Positions 1 to 10,189 of a DNA stretch of 64,000 nucleotides are shown piece by piece. Every line of letters begins with the position of its first letter. Position 1 is the stretch's first letter. Source of the DNA: Leptolyngbyaceae cyanobacterium (GTDB lineage: Bacteria > Cyanobacteriota > Cyanobacteriia > Phormidesmidales > Phormidesmidaceae); NCBI GenBank assembly GCA_965263355.1, contig CBDHHL010000056.1, positions 1,184,001-1,248,000 of the forward strand. The letters are read 5' to 3'. Below the pieces are notes generated by a model. It searched no databases and was not told where the DNA came from. It worked only from the letters and a program-made list of their open reading frames with translations. Both the position numbers and the translations under genes were made by a program.

Positions 1-1234
1 TGGTGTTGAAGGTTTGGTTGATCAGCGCTTGCCGTTCTTCTAGTTGCGATCGCAGCTGACATTGAGCCTGGTCAAAGGGATACAATACGGCAACATTGAC
101 AAAAAAGGTAATCACCATTGGCACCGTTGGCAGCCACCAGCTGGCCACCAGGAGACCATAGCCCGATACCAATGCCAGACCAATGGCACCAATTCCTAGC
201 AGTAGATGCATCAGAGGTTTACGTCGCCAATGGACAAGCGCCACCCCCAGACAGCCACTGCCTAGAATTAATAGGTATTCCACACCATCGGGTAACCCCT
301 TTAAGAACGGACGCTGATCATAAAACGCGCTCAGGATCTGGCTAACGGCATGGGCTTGCAAATAGACCCCAGGGAATAAACTAGGCGTTACCCCTGGAAC
401 TGCCCCAGAGCTGAGAAAGTCCTTGACGCTGTCAGCGGTATAGCCCACTAGAATTACCCGATTATGGATTAACTCAGGGGCTATGTCCTGGGTCATTAGC
501 TGTTTGTAGGTAATGGTCTCAAACGGATAGGGGCCAGCACGAAAATTTAGCAGAGTCTGATTGCCACTATTCTGGGTGCGAATATAGCCCCCCGTATTGG
601 GTTGAAAACGAGGAATCTCCACTGGTCCAAAACGCATGGTTTCTGGATCACGCAAACCATTTTCTAAAATGACGCCCTCGGGTTCCAGGTATTTTTCCAC
701 CAGGCGAATCGTAAATGAGAACCGATAGTTATCGTCCCGATCATTGATACCCAATAGACTCCGCCGGACAAAGCCATCGCTATCTAATGCTGCATCAGCA
801 AAGCCGATCTGATGTTCTGACAAAACGGGCAGTGGCTCAACGGGGCTCTGGCCCAATATTTTATGAATCAGAACAATATTCGGGTTAGTTTTTAGGCCCT
901 GTGACAACGCCGGATAGCCCTCACCCACAGGACCATCTCGAAAGATATCGATGCCGATGGCCCGAGGTTCATAGGCTTGCAACCGTTGGATCAGATCTGC
1001 CAATGCCTGATCGGACGGTGGATGGGGCAGCACCGTTTGCAAATCGTCATCGGTAATTTCAATGACGGTAATTCGCGGATCGGTGGCCTCAGTAGGACGC
1101 CACCGCAGGCTTAAGTCTAGGGCCTGCCATTCCAGGGGCTGTAGGATCCCGAGCAGTCGCGCCAGGATAACGAGTCCGGTGATGGAGAGGCCCGGTAAAA
1201 GACTAATTTGCCAGTTGGGTCGCCAAGCTTGCAT
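1..1234 (-). CDS. CHASE2-domain membrane sensor, probably a histidine kinase (runs off the left edge of the window)
   Basis: Not in the ORF track. Manual translation from CAT at 1232-1234 gives MQAWRPNWQISLLPGLSITGLVILARLLGILQPLEWQALDLSLRWRPTEATDPRITVIEITDDDL, a CHASE2 start. Later LDSDGFVRRSLLG, TM helices and a coiled coil; adjacent to a response regulator. Confidence 0.85.
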   Translation of the reverse strand, partial: MQAWRPNWQISLLPGLSITGLVILARLLGILQPLEWQALDLSLRWRPTEATDPRITVIEITDDDLQTVLPHPPSDQALADLIQRLQAYEPRAIGIDIFRDGPVGEGYPALSQGLKTNPNIVLIHKILGQSPVEPLPVLSEHQIGFADAALDSDGFVRRSLLGINDRDDNYRFSFTIRLVEKYLEPEGVILENGLRDPETMRFGPVEIPRFQPNTGGYIRTQNSGNQTLLNFRAGPYPFETITYKQLMTQDIAPELIHNRVILVGYTADSVKDFLSSGAVPGVTPSLFPGVYLQAHAVSQILSAFYDQRPFLKGLPDGVEYLLILGSGCLGVALVHWRRKPLMHLLLGIGAIGLALVSGYGLLVASWWLPTVPMVITFFVNVAVLYPFDQAQCQLRSQLEERQALINQTFNT

Positions 1235-1285
1235 GGTCTGGGTGCCTGAATCTGATTGCTACTGTCAATTGATAGGGGCAGGCAG

Positions 1286-1957
1286 TCAATCTAATAGGCC
1301 CGATTGCCGTGCCTTATTGTAGGTCTGCACCCGAATATTCGTCCCTTCCTCTGGATACACCCCCAGGGCGTCCTGTACACGGGTCCAATAGTGACGCACA
1401 GTCCGTTCTGATACGTTCATTTGTTTTGCGATCGCCTTATCTGTACACCCTTTATCAAAGGCCAACTGCAGCATTTCGAGCCATTCCGGCTTGACTTCGA
1501 TACCCAAACGCATTTCAGGTGGCGTGTAGAGCAGCCCATTGAGCGCCCAGTCAACTTTGACCAGCATTTCAGAACTGCTGAGACGTTTATCGGCAATGGT
1601 AAACCCGGCCTGGTGGGTGTCAATCAGATTCTTTAGCCGAATCAAGGTTTTTACATGGGCGCTTTGGACGACGATATTAAGGTTGGGGTAGGTGGTGAGT
1701 AGCGATCGCAATAAAGTCAGTCCTGTTTCTGTCTGCGATGGATCGCCATCCTTTTGAGGAATTGACAGATCCATCATCACCAAATCGGGTTGAATGTCTT
1801 TAACCAAACCCTCAACTTTATCGGCAGTTGCTACTGTTGTGATTTTGGCATCGGCATACTGAACCTGCAGCACACGGCAGGTTCCCTCTAACACCGAGGC
1901 ATGATCATCCACGACGATAAAGGTTTTGACAGATGTTGGAGCCATAGTTACAACCAT
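1286..1957 (-). CDS. NarL/LuxR-family response regulator
   Basis: VVDDH...PDLVMMD receiver domain; C-terminal HTH TDKAIAKQMNVSERTVRHY. Confidence 0.9.
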   Translation of the reverse strand: MVVTMAPTSVKTFIVVDDHASVLEGTCRVLQVQYADAKITTVATADKVEGLVKDIQPDLVMMDLSIPQKDGDPSQTETGLTLLRSLLTTYPNLNIVVQSAHVKTLIRLKNLIDTHQAGFTIADKRLSSSEMLVKVDWALNGLLYTPPEMRLGIEVKPEWLEMLQLAFDKGCTDKAIAKQMNVSERTVRHYWTRVQDALGVYPEEGTNIRVQTYNKARQSGLLD

Positions 1958-2336
1958 TTTCTGAATGCTCTTACTAGTTTGGACTAAACTGAGAAAATTT
2001 AAGACCTAGACCATCTTTTTTGCACCGTAGGCATCGTCAAGCTCTCACTTGAGCACAATTTCTTATCAACTAATCTTGCGCTCTTCATTGTTCATATACT
2101 GATTTGATTGCTTGGCTTTGCCTACACTGTAATGGTGTGGGTGAATCTACGGTGTTCAGTTTGCATCCAAAACTAGCGTCAATTAAAGTCAGGGGTGTTG
2201 TACCTTTCTGCAACGCCTGCCGAAGCTATAGACATACTACACATAGCGCTTATCAGTAGCATGCAGTTACTCCAAAGAACTGATTAGGGAATTAAGCTCT
2301 CAACCACTTTAAAAAGGAGGGATAATTCGCAAAAGA

Positions 2337-2726
2337 TTATTCCATAATCGGACTACCGTGATGATGCACCAAATACCACTTCCCACCCATACGCTCAAAC
2401 ATATTTGTTGCCATCGATTTCGCTTCTAATCGTCGGCTCCCCGCCACTTGCATCACATTCTCTACCAAAACCACATAAGCCAAGTCACCAGAGACTTCCA
2501 CCGAAATTACATCCAGGTCAATTTCAAGATAGCGAGTCGCCTTAAAGATTTGCACCCAGGATTTGCGAATATCTGTCCAACCTTTAATCGCCTTCCGGCC
2601 TGGATGAACACAAAGGCTGCCAATACCTTTAGAACAAACTGCCTCCATCGCGTCGATGTCCTTTTTCTCAAAGGCTCGATAAAACGATTGATTTGTTTCT
2701 AGGACAGCAGTTTGCTCGTTGGACAT
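2337..2726 (-). CDS. NTF2/SnoaL-like family protein
   Basis: NQSFYRAFE...CVHPG...ATNMFER...WYLVHHHGSP signature. Confidence 0.88.
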   Translation of the reverse strand: MSNEQTAVLETNQSFYRAFEKKDIDAMEAVCSKGIGSLCVHPGRKAIKGWTDIRKSWVQIFKATRYLEIDLDVISVEVSGDLAYVVLVENVMQVAGSRRLEAKSMATNMFERMGGKWYLVHHHGSPIME

Positions 2727-2771
2727 AGGGGTATGTAACTTAAAGATACTTAAATTCTAATGCAATATGGT

Positions 2772-4820
2772 TTAACAAGGTTGACTCATCACTAATCGAC
2801 CGTCTACAGTTCTATAAATTCCTGACGGTTCGATAAGCCCATGGTCAAATTGTTCTGGATCATCTTGGGAAGGGTTCAGTGGCTGAACAGAACTAATAGA
2901 GTAAACGCTAGCTGTATTATTCGGTGTTTCAGCAAGACTGTTCCTAGCTATCGTAAAGGTGCCATTCACAGTTTGACTACGTTCAACACAACTGTTGGAG
3001 ATTAACGTATCTGAATTGATAAATTGTTCTGGAAGCGTTGTTAGGTTGTTCTGAATAAAATTGGTATCTAATGAATTAATAGTAACGATGCCGCTAACCC
3101 CTGTTTGAGAACTTGCAGTAATATCGCTTAGAGATGTCAGTTGTGGCCGGGGCTCAATCCCAAAGACGCCTTGGGCAATGATATTAACCTGACCACCAGA
3201 ACCTGCAAAGGCATTGGCTGTAATGTCACTATTTTCGGTGGGTATAGCAACGATAAAGGGTGTGGTAATGGTGATGTTGCCGCCATCACCACCAAGACCA
3301 GCATTACCTGCAGTGGCGATAATATTGCTGCGATCGCGAAGTAAAAGCAAACGGTCAATTGTCAGGAAAATATCACCACCATCAACAGTGGTCGTGGCAG
3401 TGCTTAGAAAGCTTTCATTTTCTAAGAAAAGTCGATCAGTTGAAACTACAAGATTCCCAGCAGGGCTATCAGAGAGAGATTCAGAAAAAAAATCACTTTG
3501 GTTTAGCCTTACATAGTCAGTTGCTTGAATATTTATGTTTCCCGCTGGTCCCTCACCAAATGAGCTATTACTAATGACTGCGCCATTAGTTAATGTCAAC
3601 CTATCTGTTAGTATTTCGACATTACCGCCTTCACCCTTAGCATTATCACCCACGAAACTTAAAACTGAGCTAGGGAATCTGATGCCGTTAATCCGTCTTT
3701 CCCCATCAAGCATAAAATCCGATACATTGATGGTAATATTGCCAGCGTCTCCCACCCCTTCAGTGAGAGCACTAATCTGACCTACATTGATTATCTCAAG
3801 GCTAGTAGTAACAATCTCAATATCCCCTCCATCCCCGATACCGCTAGCTTCTACCTCACTGGAAATAATGCTGCTTTCTAATTTGTTACCGCTAATAACA
3901 ATACGCTCTCGAATGTTTAGCTTAATATCACCAGCATCACCAATACCAGCAGTGTCAGTAATCACCCCACTAGTCTCCAAAAGCTCAAGGGCATTGGCAG
4001 AAATGGTAATATTTCCACCGCCGTTCTTTATACTACTTGGGCCTGTGTCAGTACCTACAGATCCATTGATCAGACGTATCCGACCTTGAGCGTTAATCTC
4101 AATATCACCTGACGAACCGTTTCCTAACATCCCACCTAACAAGAATCCATTTCTGATATCTATATTGTTGGCAGATATGCTGATATCTCCAGATTCACCA
4201 ATTCCCTCAATACCTATAGCCGTCTGTATTACAGTGGGAAAGCGATCATCTAAGTCAGAATCAACAATCGTTAATTGATCGTTTACAAAACTGCTAAAGA
4301 AAAATGCCGATGGATTTACAGCAAGTAAGCTATCAGCAGTTGGCGTTGTCGCACTAAACTGACCAGCTTCCCCTAACTGTATACCTGCAGCTGTAGTGAC
4401 AATAAATGAGCCCTGAACAGACAGACTAGCCTCTGGACCAAACACGACACCGTTGGGATTAATCAAAAATAGATCTGCATCGGAACCAAAGGTGCCCAGC
4501 ACACCATCAATTTTTGAAGGGCTGTTTCCGGTAACGCGACTGAAGATGTGTTCAACACTATCGGGACCAAAGAAAAAGACACGTTTCCCAGGGGCGATAC
4601 TAAACGACTCAAAACTGTGGAATAGGTTTTGCTCTACTGTAATGCCCCCATCAATGATGGAAGTGTCTGGGTCAAAGGGAGTGATTTCAGTACCGACGGT
4701 ATTATCAGGAATGGGTTGCCCGTTGGCAGAACCACTCCAAAAGACCAACGCAGCTAAGGGTGTAAGCACTGAGGCAACACTAAAAAATACAGGGGCACAA
4801 CAACAGCGTTTTATACGCAT
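2772..4820 (-). CDS. Filamentous haemagglutinin N-terminal (TPS) domain exoprotein
   Basis: Signal peptide, NLFHSFESF, SRVTG, LFLINPNG, G-x-G-G-x-I beta-helix repeats, SDITANAF/SDITASS C-terminus. Confidence 0.9.
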   Translation of the reverse strand: MRIKRCCCAPVFFSVASVLTPLAALVFWSGSANGQPIPDNTVGTEITPFDPDTSIIDGGITVEQNLFHSFESFSIAPGKRVFFFGPDSVEHIFSRVTGNSPSKIDGVLGTFGSDADLFLINPNGVVFGPEASLSVQGSFIVTTAAGIQLGEAGQFSATTPTADSLLAVNPSAFFFSSFVNDQLTIVDSDLDDRFPTVIQTAIGIEGIGESGDISISANNIDIRNGFLLGGMLGNGSSGDIEINAQGRIRLINGSVGTDTGPSSIKNGGGNITISANALELLETSGVITDTAGIGDAGDIKLNIRERIVISGNKLESSIISSEVEASGIGDGGDIEIVTTSLEIINVGQISALTEGVGDAGNITINVSDFMLDGERRINGIRFPSSVLSFVGDNAKGEGGNVEILTDRLTLTNGAVISNSSFGEGPAGNINIQATDYVRLNQSDFFSESLSDSPAGNLVVSTDRLFLENESFLSTATTTVDGGDIFLTIDRLLLLRDRSNIIATAGNAGLGGDGGNITITTPFIVAIPTENSDITANAFAGSGGQVNIIAQGVFGIEPRPQLTSLSDITASSQTGVSGIVTINSLDTNFIQNNLTTLPEQFINSDTLISNSCVERSQTVNGTFTIARNSLAETPNNTASVYSISSVQPLNPSQDDPEQFDHGLIEPSGIYRTVDGRLVMSQPC

Positions 4821-5447
4821 AAATCAGTTCAGAAGACCATCGCATCCAGGCAACATAATGTCCCATACAATAGCATCATATTCCCGCTCGATAACACAGG
4901 CACAGCTATCGTCACCATTGTTGTATGTTGGTGGGAAATTCCTGTCCCGTGAGACTTGCCACCACAAAATCAAAAACTTTCCGTTCATCTTCTACCAAAA
5001 GAACTGTCATGGTTCTGTCGCTGGAGGTGTTCTCAAATCGGTTAGCTCATTAGGACTACCTACTTATCCAGTCACATCGACTTCTGAAATTCTAGGTGAA
5101 TTTATGCAGACTTCATAGCAAATTACAAATTTGTCATCTGGCAAAACGTTCTTCTGTAATTTTTAGCGCTGTGAATGGGGACATGGTTAGCGAATCACGA
5201 ACCCTAATACGGATAACTAACTATGCAACGGCTGCAGCAAAACCGTTCTACAACTTTCGAGCCAGAAACTCAGTCGAGTAAGGATATTAATGGTTCGCAA
5301 ACAAATTGCATCCTTAGAATACAATTTGTAGCATCGTCAGTTAATGAGCCATTCTATGATGCCGTCTGGCCGAAGGGATGATGGTTTGTAGGCAATCGCC
5401 TTTCCAATTCATCCTTCTACTGTTGCCGTTTCCCCAAAAAAAGCTTC

Positions 5448-5705
5448 ATGTTTCTGCCCTTGATACCCGTTCTTGTGGCCCAAGTTACACCTGATCAGTC
5501 TCTTGGTATAGAGCAGTCGATTGTGATTCAGGATGTAGACTTAGGAACAGCCTCACTTACCCTACAAGAGCGTCAAAACTTCTTAAAACAGCCCTTAGAG
5601 GAACGTCAACAACTCTTAGCGCAGCAAGCCGAAGCAATGGCAGATCACTATACCCAAAATACTGCATGGCAAGAACTAAGTACAGGTGACATCGCTGAGT
5701 ACTAG
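5448..5705 (+). CDS. Small putative antitoxin-like protein with an FHA-like N-terminus (chimera)
   Basis: Overlaps the downstream toxin start; acidic helical C-terminus FLKQPLEERQQLLAQQAEAM; N-terminus AQVTPDQSLG resembles FHA leaders. Confidence 0.55.
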   Translation: MFLPLIPVLVAQVTPDQSLGIEQSIVIQDVDLGTASLTLQERQNFLKQPLEERQQLLAQQAEAMADHYTQNTAWQELSTGDIAEY

Positions 5706-6054
5706 TACATCAAAGCGTGGTGAGATCTGGCTAGTTAACTTTGCCCCTACCTTGGGGTCAGAAATCAAAAAGACACGACCTGCTGTTGTCATCAGCTCAG
5801 ATGCCGTTGGAAGGTTACCCGTTAAGTTGGTAGCTCCAATCACAAATTGGCAACCTTACTTTGCCCGTAATCTCTGGCATGTCAAGATCAACCCCGATAG
5901 TGTTAATGGCTTGACTAAACCTTCAGCGGTTGACACTCTTCAGATAAGAGGAGTTGACCTGCACAGGTTTATTCGAGGCTTGGGAACATTGCCAAAACTG
6001 ACAATGGATGAAATTAACTTGGCAGTGATAACCGTCATTGAAGCAAATTTCTGA
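5686..6054 (+). CDS. Type II toxin, PemK/MazF family endoribonuclease
   Basis: RGEIWLVNFAPTLGSEIKKTRPAVVIS and NGL..PS...QIR motifs. Confidence 0.92.
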   Translation: MTSLSTSTSKRGEIWLVNFAPTLGSEIKKTRPAVVISSDAVGRLPVKLVAPITNWQPYFARNLWHVKINPDSVNGLTKPSAVDTLQIRGVDLHRFIRGLGTLPKLTMDEINLAVITVIEANF

Positions 6055-6126
6055 AGGAGTAGAGGTTGCTGCCGAAGTCTACCAACCCATGGCAAGATCA
6101 AACCGACCTACTTATTTGCCTGCCCC

Positions 6127-7086
6127 GTGAAATTTGCATTTATCATTGACCCCATTGCCAAGCTAGACCCTGGCCACGATAGTAGTGTCGCCATGATGGA
6201 AGCCGCCCAGGAACTGGGGCATCAAGTGTATATTACTCAAGCTCAGCACATGGGTGTGGTTTCTGGCCAAGCTATGGCCTATCTTACCCCTGTTACCCTG
6301 GTGCCCGTTACCTTGGGAGATAACCGCTGGGATGCAGTAGCCGACTGGTACACCCTGGGCGATACCCAATGGCAGCCCCTGGAAACCATGGATGCTGTCT
6401 TTATGCGCACTGACCCGCCGGTCACCGTGCCCTATCTCTACGCTACCTATATCCTCGACTACATTGATCCAACGAAGACTAAAGTCATCAATTCGCCCCA
6501 AGGTATTCGGACAGCTAATGAGAAAATGTATGCCCTACAGTTTACGGGGGCAATTCCAGAGACCATCGTCAGCCAAGATAAGACAGTAATTCGTGAGACG
6601 GTGGAAAAATGGGGAGGAGAAGCTGTACTGAAACCCCTGGGTGGAAAAGCTGGTGAAGGGATTTTATTTTTGAGTAGTCAGGACCGAAATTTTAACTCGA
6701 TGATTGAAATCAGCACCAAACAGGGCCAAGAACCCGTCATGGTGCAAACCTATTTGCCCGCTGCCAAAGACGGCGATAAGCGCATTATTCTACTTAATGG
6801 TGAACCTTTAGGCGCTGTTAATCGGATTCCTACCGGTAAAGAATTTCGGGGCAATATGGCCGTGGGTGGACGCACAGCAAAGGTGGATATTACCGAGCGA
6901 GAGCTGGAAATCTGCAAACAGCTAGCACCCACACTGCAGCGTGATGGCCTATATTTTGTCGGCATTGACATTATCGGCGGCTATCTGACCGAGGTAAACG
7001 TCACCAGTCCCACCGGAATTCGCGAAATTGATCGGCTGAATATAGTTAAACTGGGTCACCAAGTCATAGAATGGCTGACCAGATAA
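6127..7086 (+). CDS. gshB: Glutathione synthetase
   Basis: MKFAFIIDP, MRTDPP, NEK, FRGNMAVGG, LTEVNVTSPTG. Confidence 0.97.
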   Translation: MKFAFIIDPIAKLDPGHDSSVAMMEAAQELGHQVYITQAQHMGVVSGQAMAYLTPVTLVPVTLGDNRWDAVADWYTLGDTQWQPLETMDAVFMRTDPPVTVPYLYATYILDYIDPTKTKVINSPQGIRTANEKMYALQFTGAIPETIVSQDKTVIRETVEKWGGEAVLKPLGGKAGEGILFLSSQDRNFNSMIEISTKQGQEPVMVQTYLPAAKDGDKRIILLNGEPLGAVNRIPTGKEFRGNMAVGGRTAKVDITERELEICKQLAPTLQRDGLYFVGIDIIGGYLTEVNVTSPTGIREIDRLNIVKLGHQVIEWLTR

Positions 7087-7121
7087 AGGGTATCAACTTT
7101 AACTCGGAAATCTTGGCCAGG

Positions 7122-7149
7122 TCAGAAGTCAGAAGTTGGAAGTCGGAAG
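7122..7149 (+). repeat. Heptamer short tandem repeat (TYRGAAG x4), STRR-like
   Basis: tcagaag tcagaag ttggaag tcggaag, with a reverse copy ccgacttctg just downstream. Confidence 0.7.
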
Positions 7150-7291
7150 TGAGCCGCACTCCAAACGCCACAGTCCGACTTCTGTGTTAAGGAAATCCTC
7201 CTGCGTTAGATTGATATTTACCAAAGACTAAATATCTGCCCGTCGAAGCTCCCCATTTACCCCCTTGCCCATCCTAGCTAAGGCATCTGTA

Positions 7292-8341
7292 ATGACTAGA
7301 TTTAATCGCCGTCGCTTTATCCAGTACAGTTCATTAGCAGCTGGTACAGGACTTATTGCGGCCTGCGGTAACCCAGCAACCAATACAGCTACCGACACTA
7401 GTACTGAGCCATCGGCAGAGCTGCAGAAACTTACCTTTGGCACTAACTGGTATGCCCAGGCTGAACATGGTGGTTTTTACCAGGCTGTAGTAGCAGGCAT
7501 CTATAAAGAGTATGGCCTGGATGTAACTATTCAGATGGGAGGCCCCCAAGTCAATGGCACTCAGCTACTTATGGGTGGGGCGGTCGACTTTTTTATGGGC
7601 TATGCTTCAGATGCGATTAAAGCGGTTGAAGAAGAAATTCCCAAAGTTACGGTTGCAGCTATTTTCCAAAAAGATCCCCAAATTATTACGGCCCACCCTG
7701 ACCAGGGAATTAAAGACCTTGCTGACCTTAAGGGCAAACCTATCTTTATTTCCAAAGCAGCTAACGTCACCTACTGGCCATTTTTGGCGGCAAAATATGG
7801 CTTCACCGATGATATGAAGCGTAATTACAATTTTAACCCTGGTCCATTCTTGGCCGATAAGACCTCGGCCCAGCAGGGGTACCTAAGTTCTGAGCCATTA
7901 GCTATCTCCAAAGCAGGTGGTTTTGAACCTGTTGTCTTCCTGCTGGCTGACTATGGTTATACGCCTTATGCAACAACAATTGAAACCCGTCAAGAGATTG
8001 TTGATAGCGATCCTGACTTGGTACAGCGTTTTGTCGATGCTTCGATTAAGGGCTGGTATAGCTACTTTGATGAGCCGTCATTAGGTAACGAGCTAATCAA
8101 GCAAGATAACCCTGAAATGAGCGATGAGCAGTTAGCTTACAGCCTTGAAAAAATACAGGAATATGGCATTGCCATATCGGGAGATGCTGAATCTAAGGGG
8201 ATTGGAGCTATGACCGATGACCGCTGGAAAGCATTCTTTGAAGATATGTCTGCAGCAGGTATTTTTAGTGCCGCGACCGACTACACTCAGGCATATACTC
8301 TGGACTTTGTTAACAAAGGTGTAAACTTCTACAAAAGCTAA
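7292..8341 (+). CDS. ABC transporter substrate-binding lipoprotein, NMT1/THI5 family
   Basis: Tat motif RRRFI, lipobox IAAC, NWYAQAEHGGFYQA; start placed at ATG 7292. Confidence 0.9.
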   Translation: MTRFNRRRFIQYSSLAAGTGLIAACGNPATNTATDTSTEPSAELQKLTFGTNWYAQAEHGGFYQAVVAGIYKEYGLDVTIQMGGPQVNGTQLLMGGAVDFFMGYASDAIKAVEEEIPKVTVAAIFQKDPQIITAHPDQGIKDLADLKGKPIFISKAANVTYWPFLAAKYGFTDDMKRNYNFNPGPFLADKTSAQQGYLSSEPLAISKAGGFEPVVFLLADYGYTPYATTIETRQEIVDSDPDLVQRFVDASIKGWYSYFDEPSLGNELIKQDNPEMSDEQLAYSLEKIQEYGIAISGDAESKGIGAMTDDRWKAFFEDMSAAGIFSAATDYTQAYTLDFVNKGVNFYKS

Positions 8342-8497
8342 TGCTCCCTGAGCTTGCGACTTCCTGCCCTAATCCAAATTTTTAGCTTTGACACTGCATT
8401 AATCATAACTGTTGAAATAATAATCTCTCTACATTATTTTTTGTTGTCTTATTCCTATATATAAGAATTTTGCTAAGATTGTTATATATAGGAATTT

Positions 8498-9502
8498 TTA
8501 TGAAATATGCAAGGCTGCATGGGGCAAGTCTTCCATATCAATTGCTAAAAATCGATCCAATGCTAAATACATCCAGTAAACGGCAGCCTGGTTATCTAAA
8601 CCTGTTTTTTGGAAACCAAGGGCTGTAGCCAACGGTTCATAATGGCGATGAATAATCAGCGTATGGAGATCACACAGATTAGGAAAGTCTTTCTGCATAG
8701 CTTTCAATATGGTCTGGGTATCCTGCAACAAAATTAACGCCTGATGTTCATACTCAGGTGAAATATTCCAGCTCCGGATAAAGATGGAGCGACAGGTTTC
8801 ATCCCCTGGTTTAGCAAGGGTAAACGGATCATCATCAGAAATGCCGCTAAGATGTAGACCCTTGTTAGGAGAACCGAAGAAGTGAATCTCAGAATCACGG
8901 GTGGTGGGGTAAAGCAGATAAAAACCTACGGGATTTAGATTATCACTGCGCCGTAGCACGCGCATGCCCCGGTTATAACCTTCTGCCCACTGTCGCAACA
9001 GTTCGGTAATGCGATAGGGAACAGCGGTGTTGCTGTTGTGCATCCAGTTATAGCGGCTAGCCAGCAGGTTAGCAACAGGAATCGCATCGCAGCGTGGATC
9101 AAACTGGTCAGTGATGATATTGACTGGTTTGGGTTTAGATTGGTGGAGTTCCGGGGGTTGGGGGATTGCGATCGCAATCGTATTACCATCAAACTGCTTT
9201 TGAATTAATCCTAAGGCCATCAGCTTATCCAGCATCATCCCAGCCGACCGCTCACTCCCCCGATCAGACTCGGCATAAAACAGGGCTGCCGCCTCACGAC
9301 AGGTACAATCCACCCAGGCATCAATGGGCTTTAACTGCTGTAGAGGTTTAGGTAGATCCGTCTGCTTTAGTTGCAGGTAAGCCCACAGACGAACAAAACA
9401 ATCTGCCCGCCGTCGGGTCAGGCCCACACGACCCAGCAGATGTTGAACATACTGCTGCTGCTGCGACTTTGAAAAAAATTGATTCAGAGACTCCGGCGTC
9501 AT
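8498..9502 (-). CDS. Conserved cyanobacterial hypothetical protein (possible winged-HTH N-terminus, GNAT-like C-terminus)
   Basis: 334-aa ORF; domain guess from sequence pattern only. Confidence 0.65.
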   Translation of the reverse strand: MTPESLNQFFSKSQQQQYVQHLLGRVGLTRRRADCFVRLWAYLQLKQTDLPKPLQQLKPIDAWVDCTCREAAALFYAESDRGSERSAGMMLDKLMALGLIQKQFDGNTIAIAIPQPPELHQSKPKPVNIITDQFDPRCDAIPVANLLASRYNWMHNSNTAVPYRITELLRQWAEGYNRGMRVLRRSDNLNPVGFYLLYPTTRDSEIHFFGSPNKGLHLSGISDDDPFTLAKPGDETCRSIFIRSWNISPEYEHQALILLQDTQTILKAMQKDFPNLCDLHTLIIHRHYEPLATALGFQKTGLDNQAAVYWMYLALDRFLAIDMEDLPHAALHIS

Positions 9503-9648
9503 CTTAATTTACGACAGCTATGCTGTTAGGATTTTAAGCTGTTTAAATGGGTTGATATAGAATTGGTATGACAGTTATTGTGCCAATTGTCTTGAGCCAT
9601 GGTCCCAGGCTACCTGGTAAAGTAACGTTCGTACTGCTTGCCTCCTCT

Positions 9649-10152
9649 ATGACTGTTATTGCTGCCCGTAAAACTAAAGAAACTATTACCTTTGCGTCTG
9701 ATTCCATTTTGGTAGCTGGCTTCCTTAAGGCTAGCGATAAGGAAGTCATTTACAACAAGCTATTTCAGCAAAATGAAATGGTTATCGGTAGTACTGGCAC
9801 CGGTTACGAAGGCACCATGATGGAATTGTTCAGCCGTAATCATCGCCCCGTCGATAGTAGTCGCCTATCAGTGATCGACTTTTTTGTCGAATTCCGTGAA
9901 TGGATCAACAAGCGCGATTCTGGCCATTCCCCAGAAAATGAATATTTGATTGCCTACGATAAAAAATTATTTCGTACCTATGGTGGACTGGACATTTACG
10001 AAGTCCCCGAATTTGAAGCCGTTGGTGCTGGCGAAAATTTTGCTAAAGCAGCGCTACATCTTGGCCATTCCCCCCGTGAAGCCGTCGAAGTCGCCTGTAA
10101 GCTATCCATTTATTGCAGTGAACCCATCTCTGAGATTACGGTGGAGATTTAG
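9649..10152 (+). CDS. Proteasome-beta/HslV-like Ntn-hydrolase subunit
   Basis: In-frame ATG 9649 gives MTVIAA (Thr1), ASDS, NKLF, AVGAG and EAVEVACKLSIYCS. Confidence 0.75.
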   Translation: MTVIAARKTKETITFASDSILVAGFLKASDKEVIYNKLFQQNEMVIGSTGTGYEGTMMELFSRNHRPVDSSRLSVIDFFVEFREWINKRDSGHSPENEYLIAYDKKLFRTYGGLDIYEVPEFEAVGAGENFAKAALHLGHSPREAVEVACKLSIYCSEPISEITVEI

Positions 10153-10189
10153 CAGAATGGGCATTGCCCACTGCCTAAAATAGAGGCCC

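Noticed and set aside
4453..5118. 221-aa plus-strand ORF and other antisense ORFs over FHA, CHAT, CcP and RTX genes
   Set aside because: Shadow frames of real genes with no recognisable motifs.
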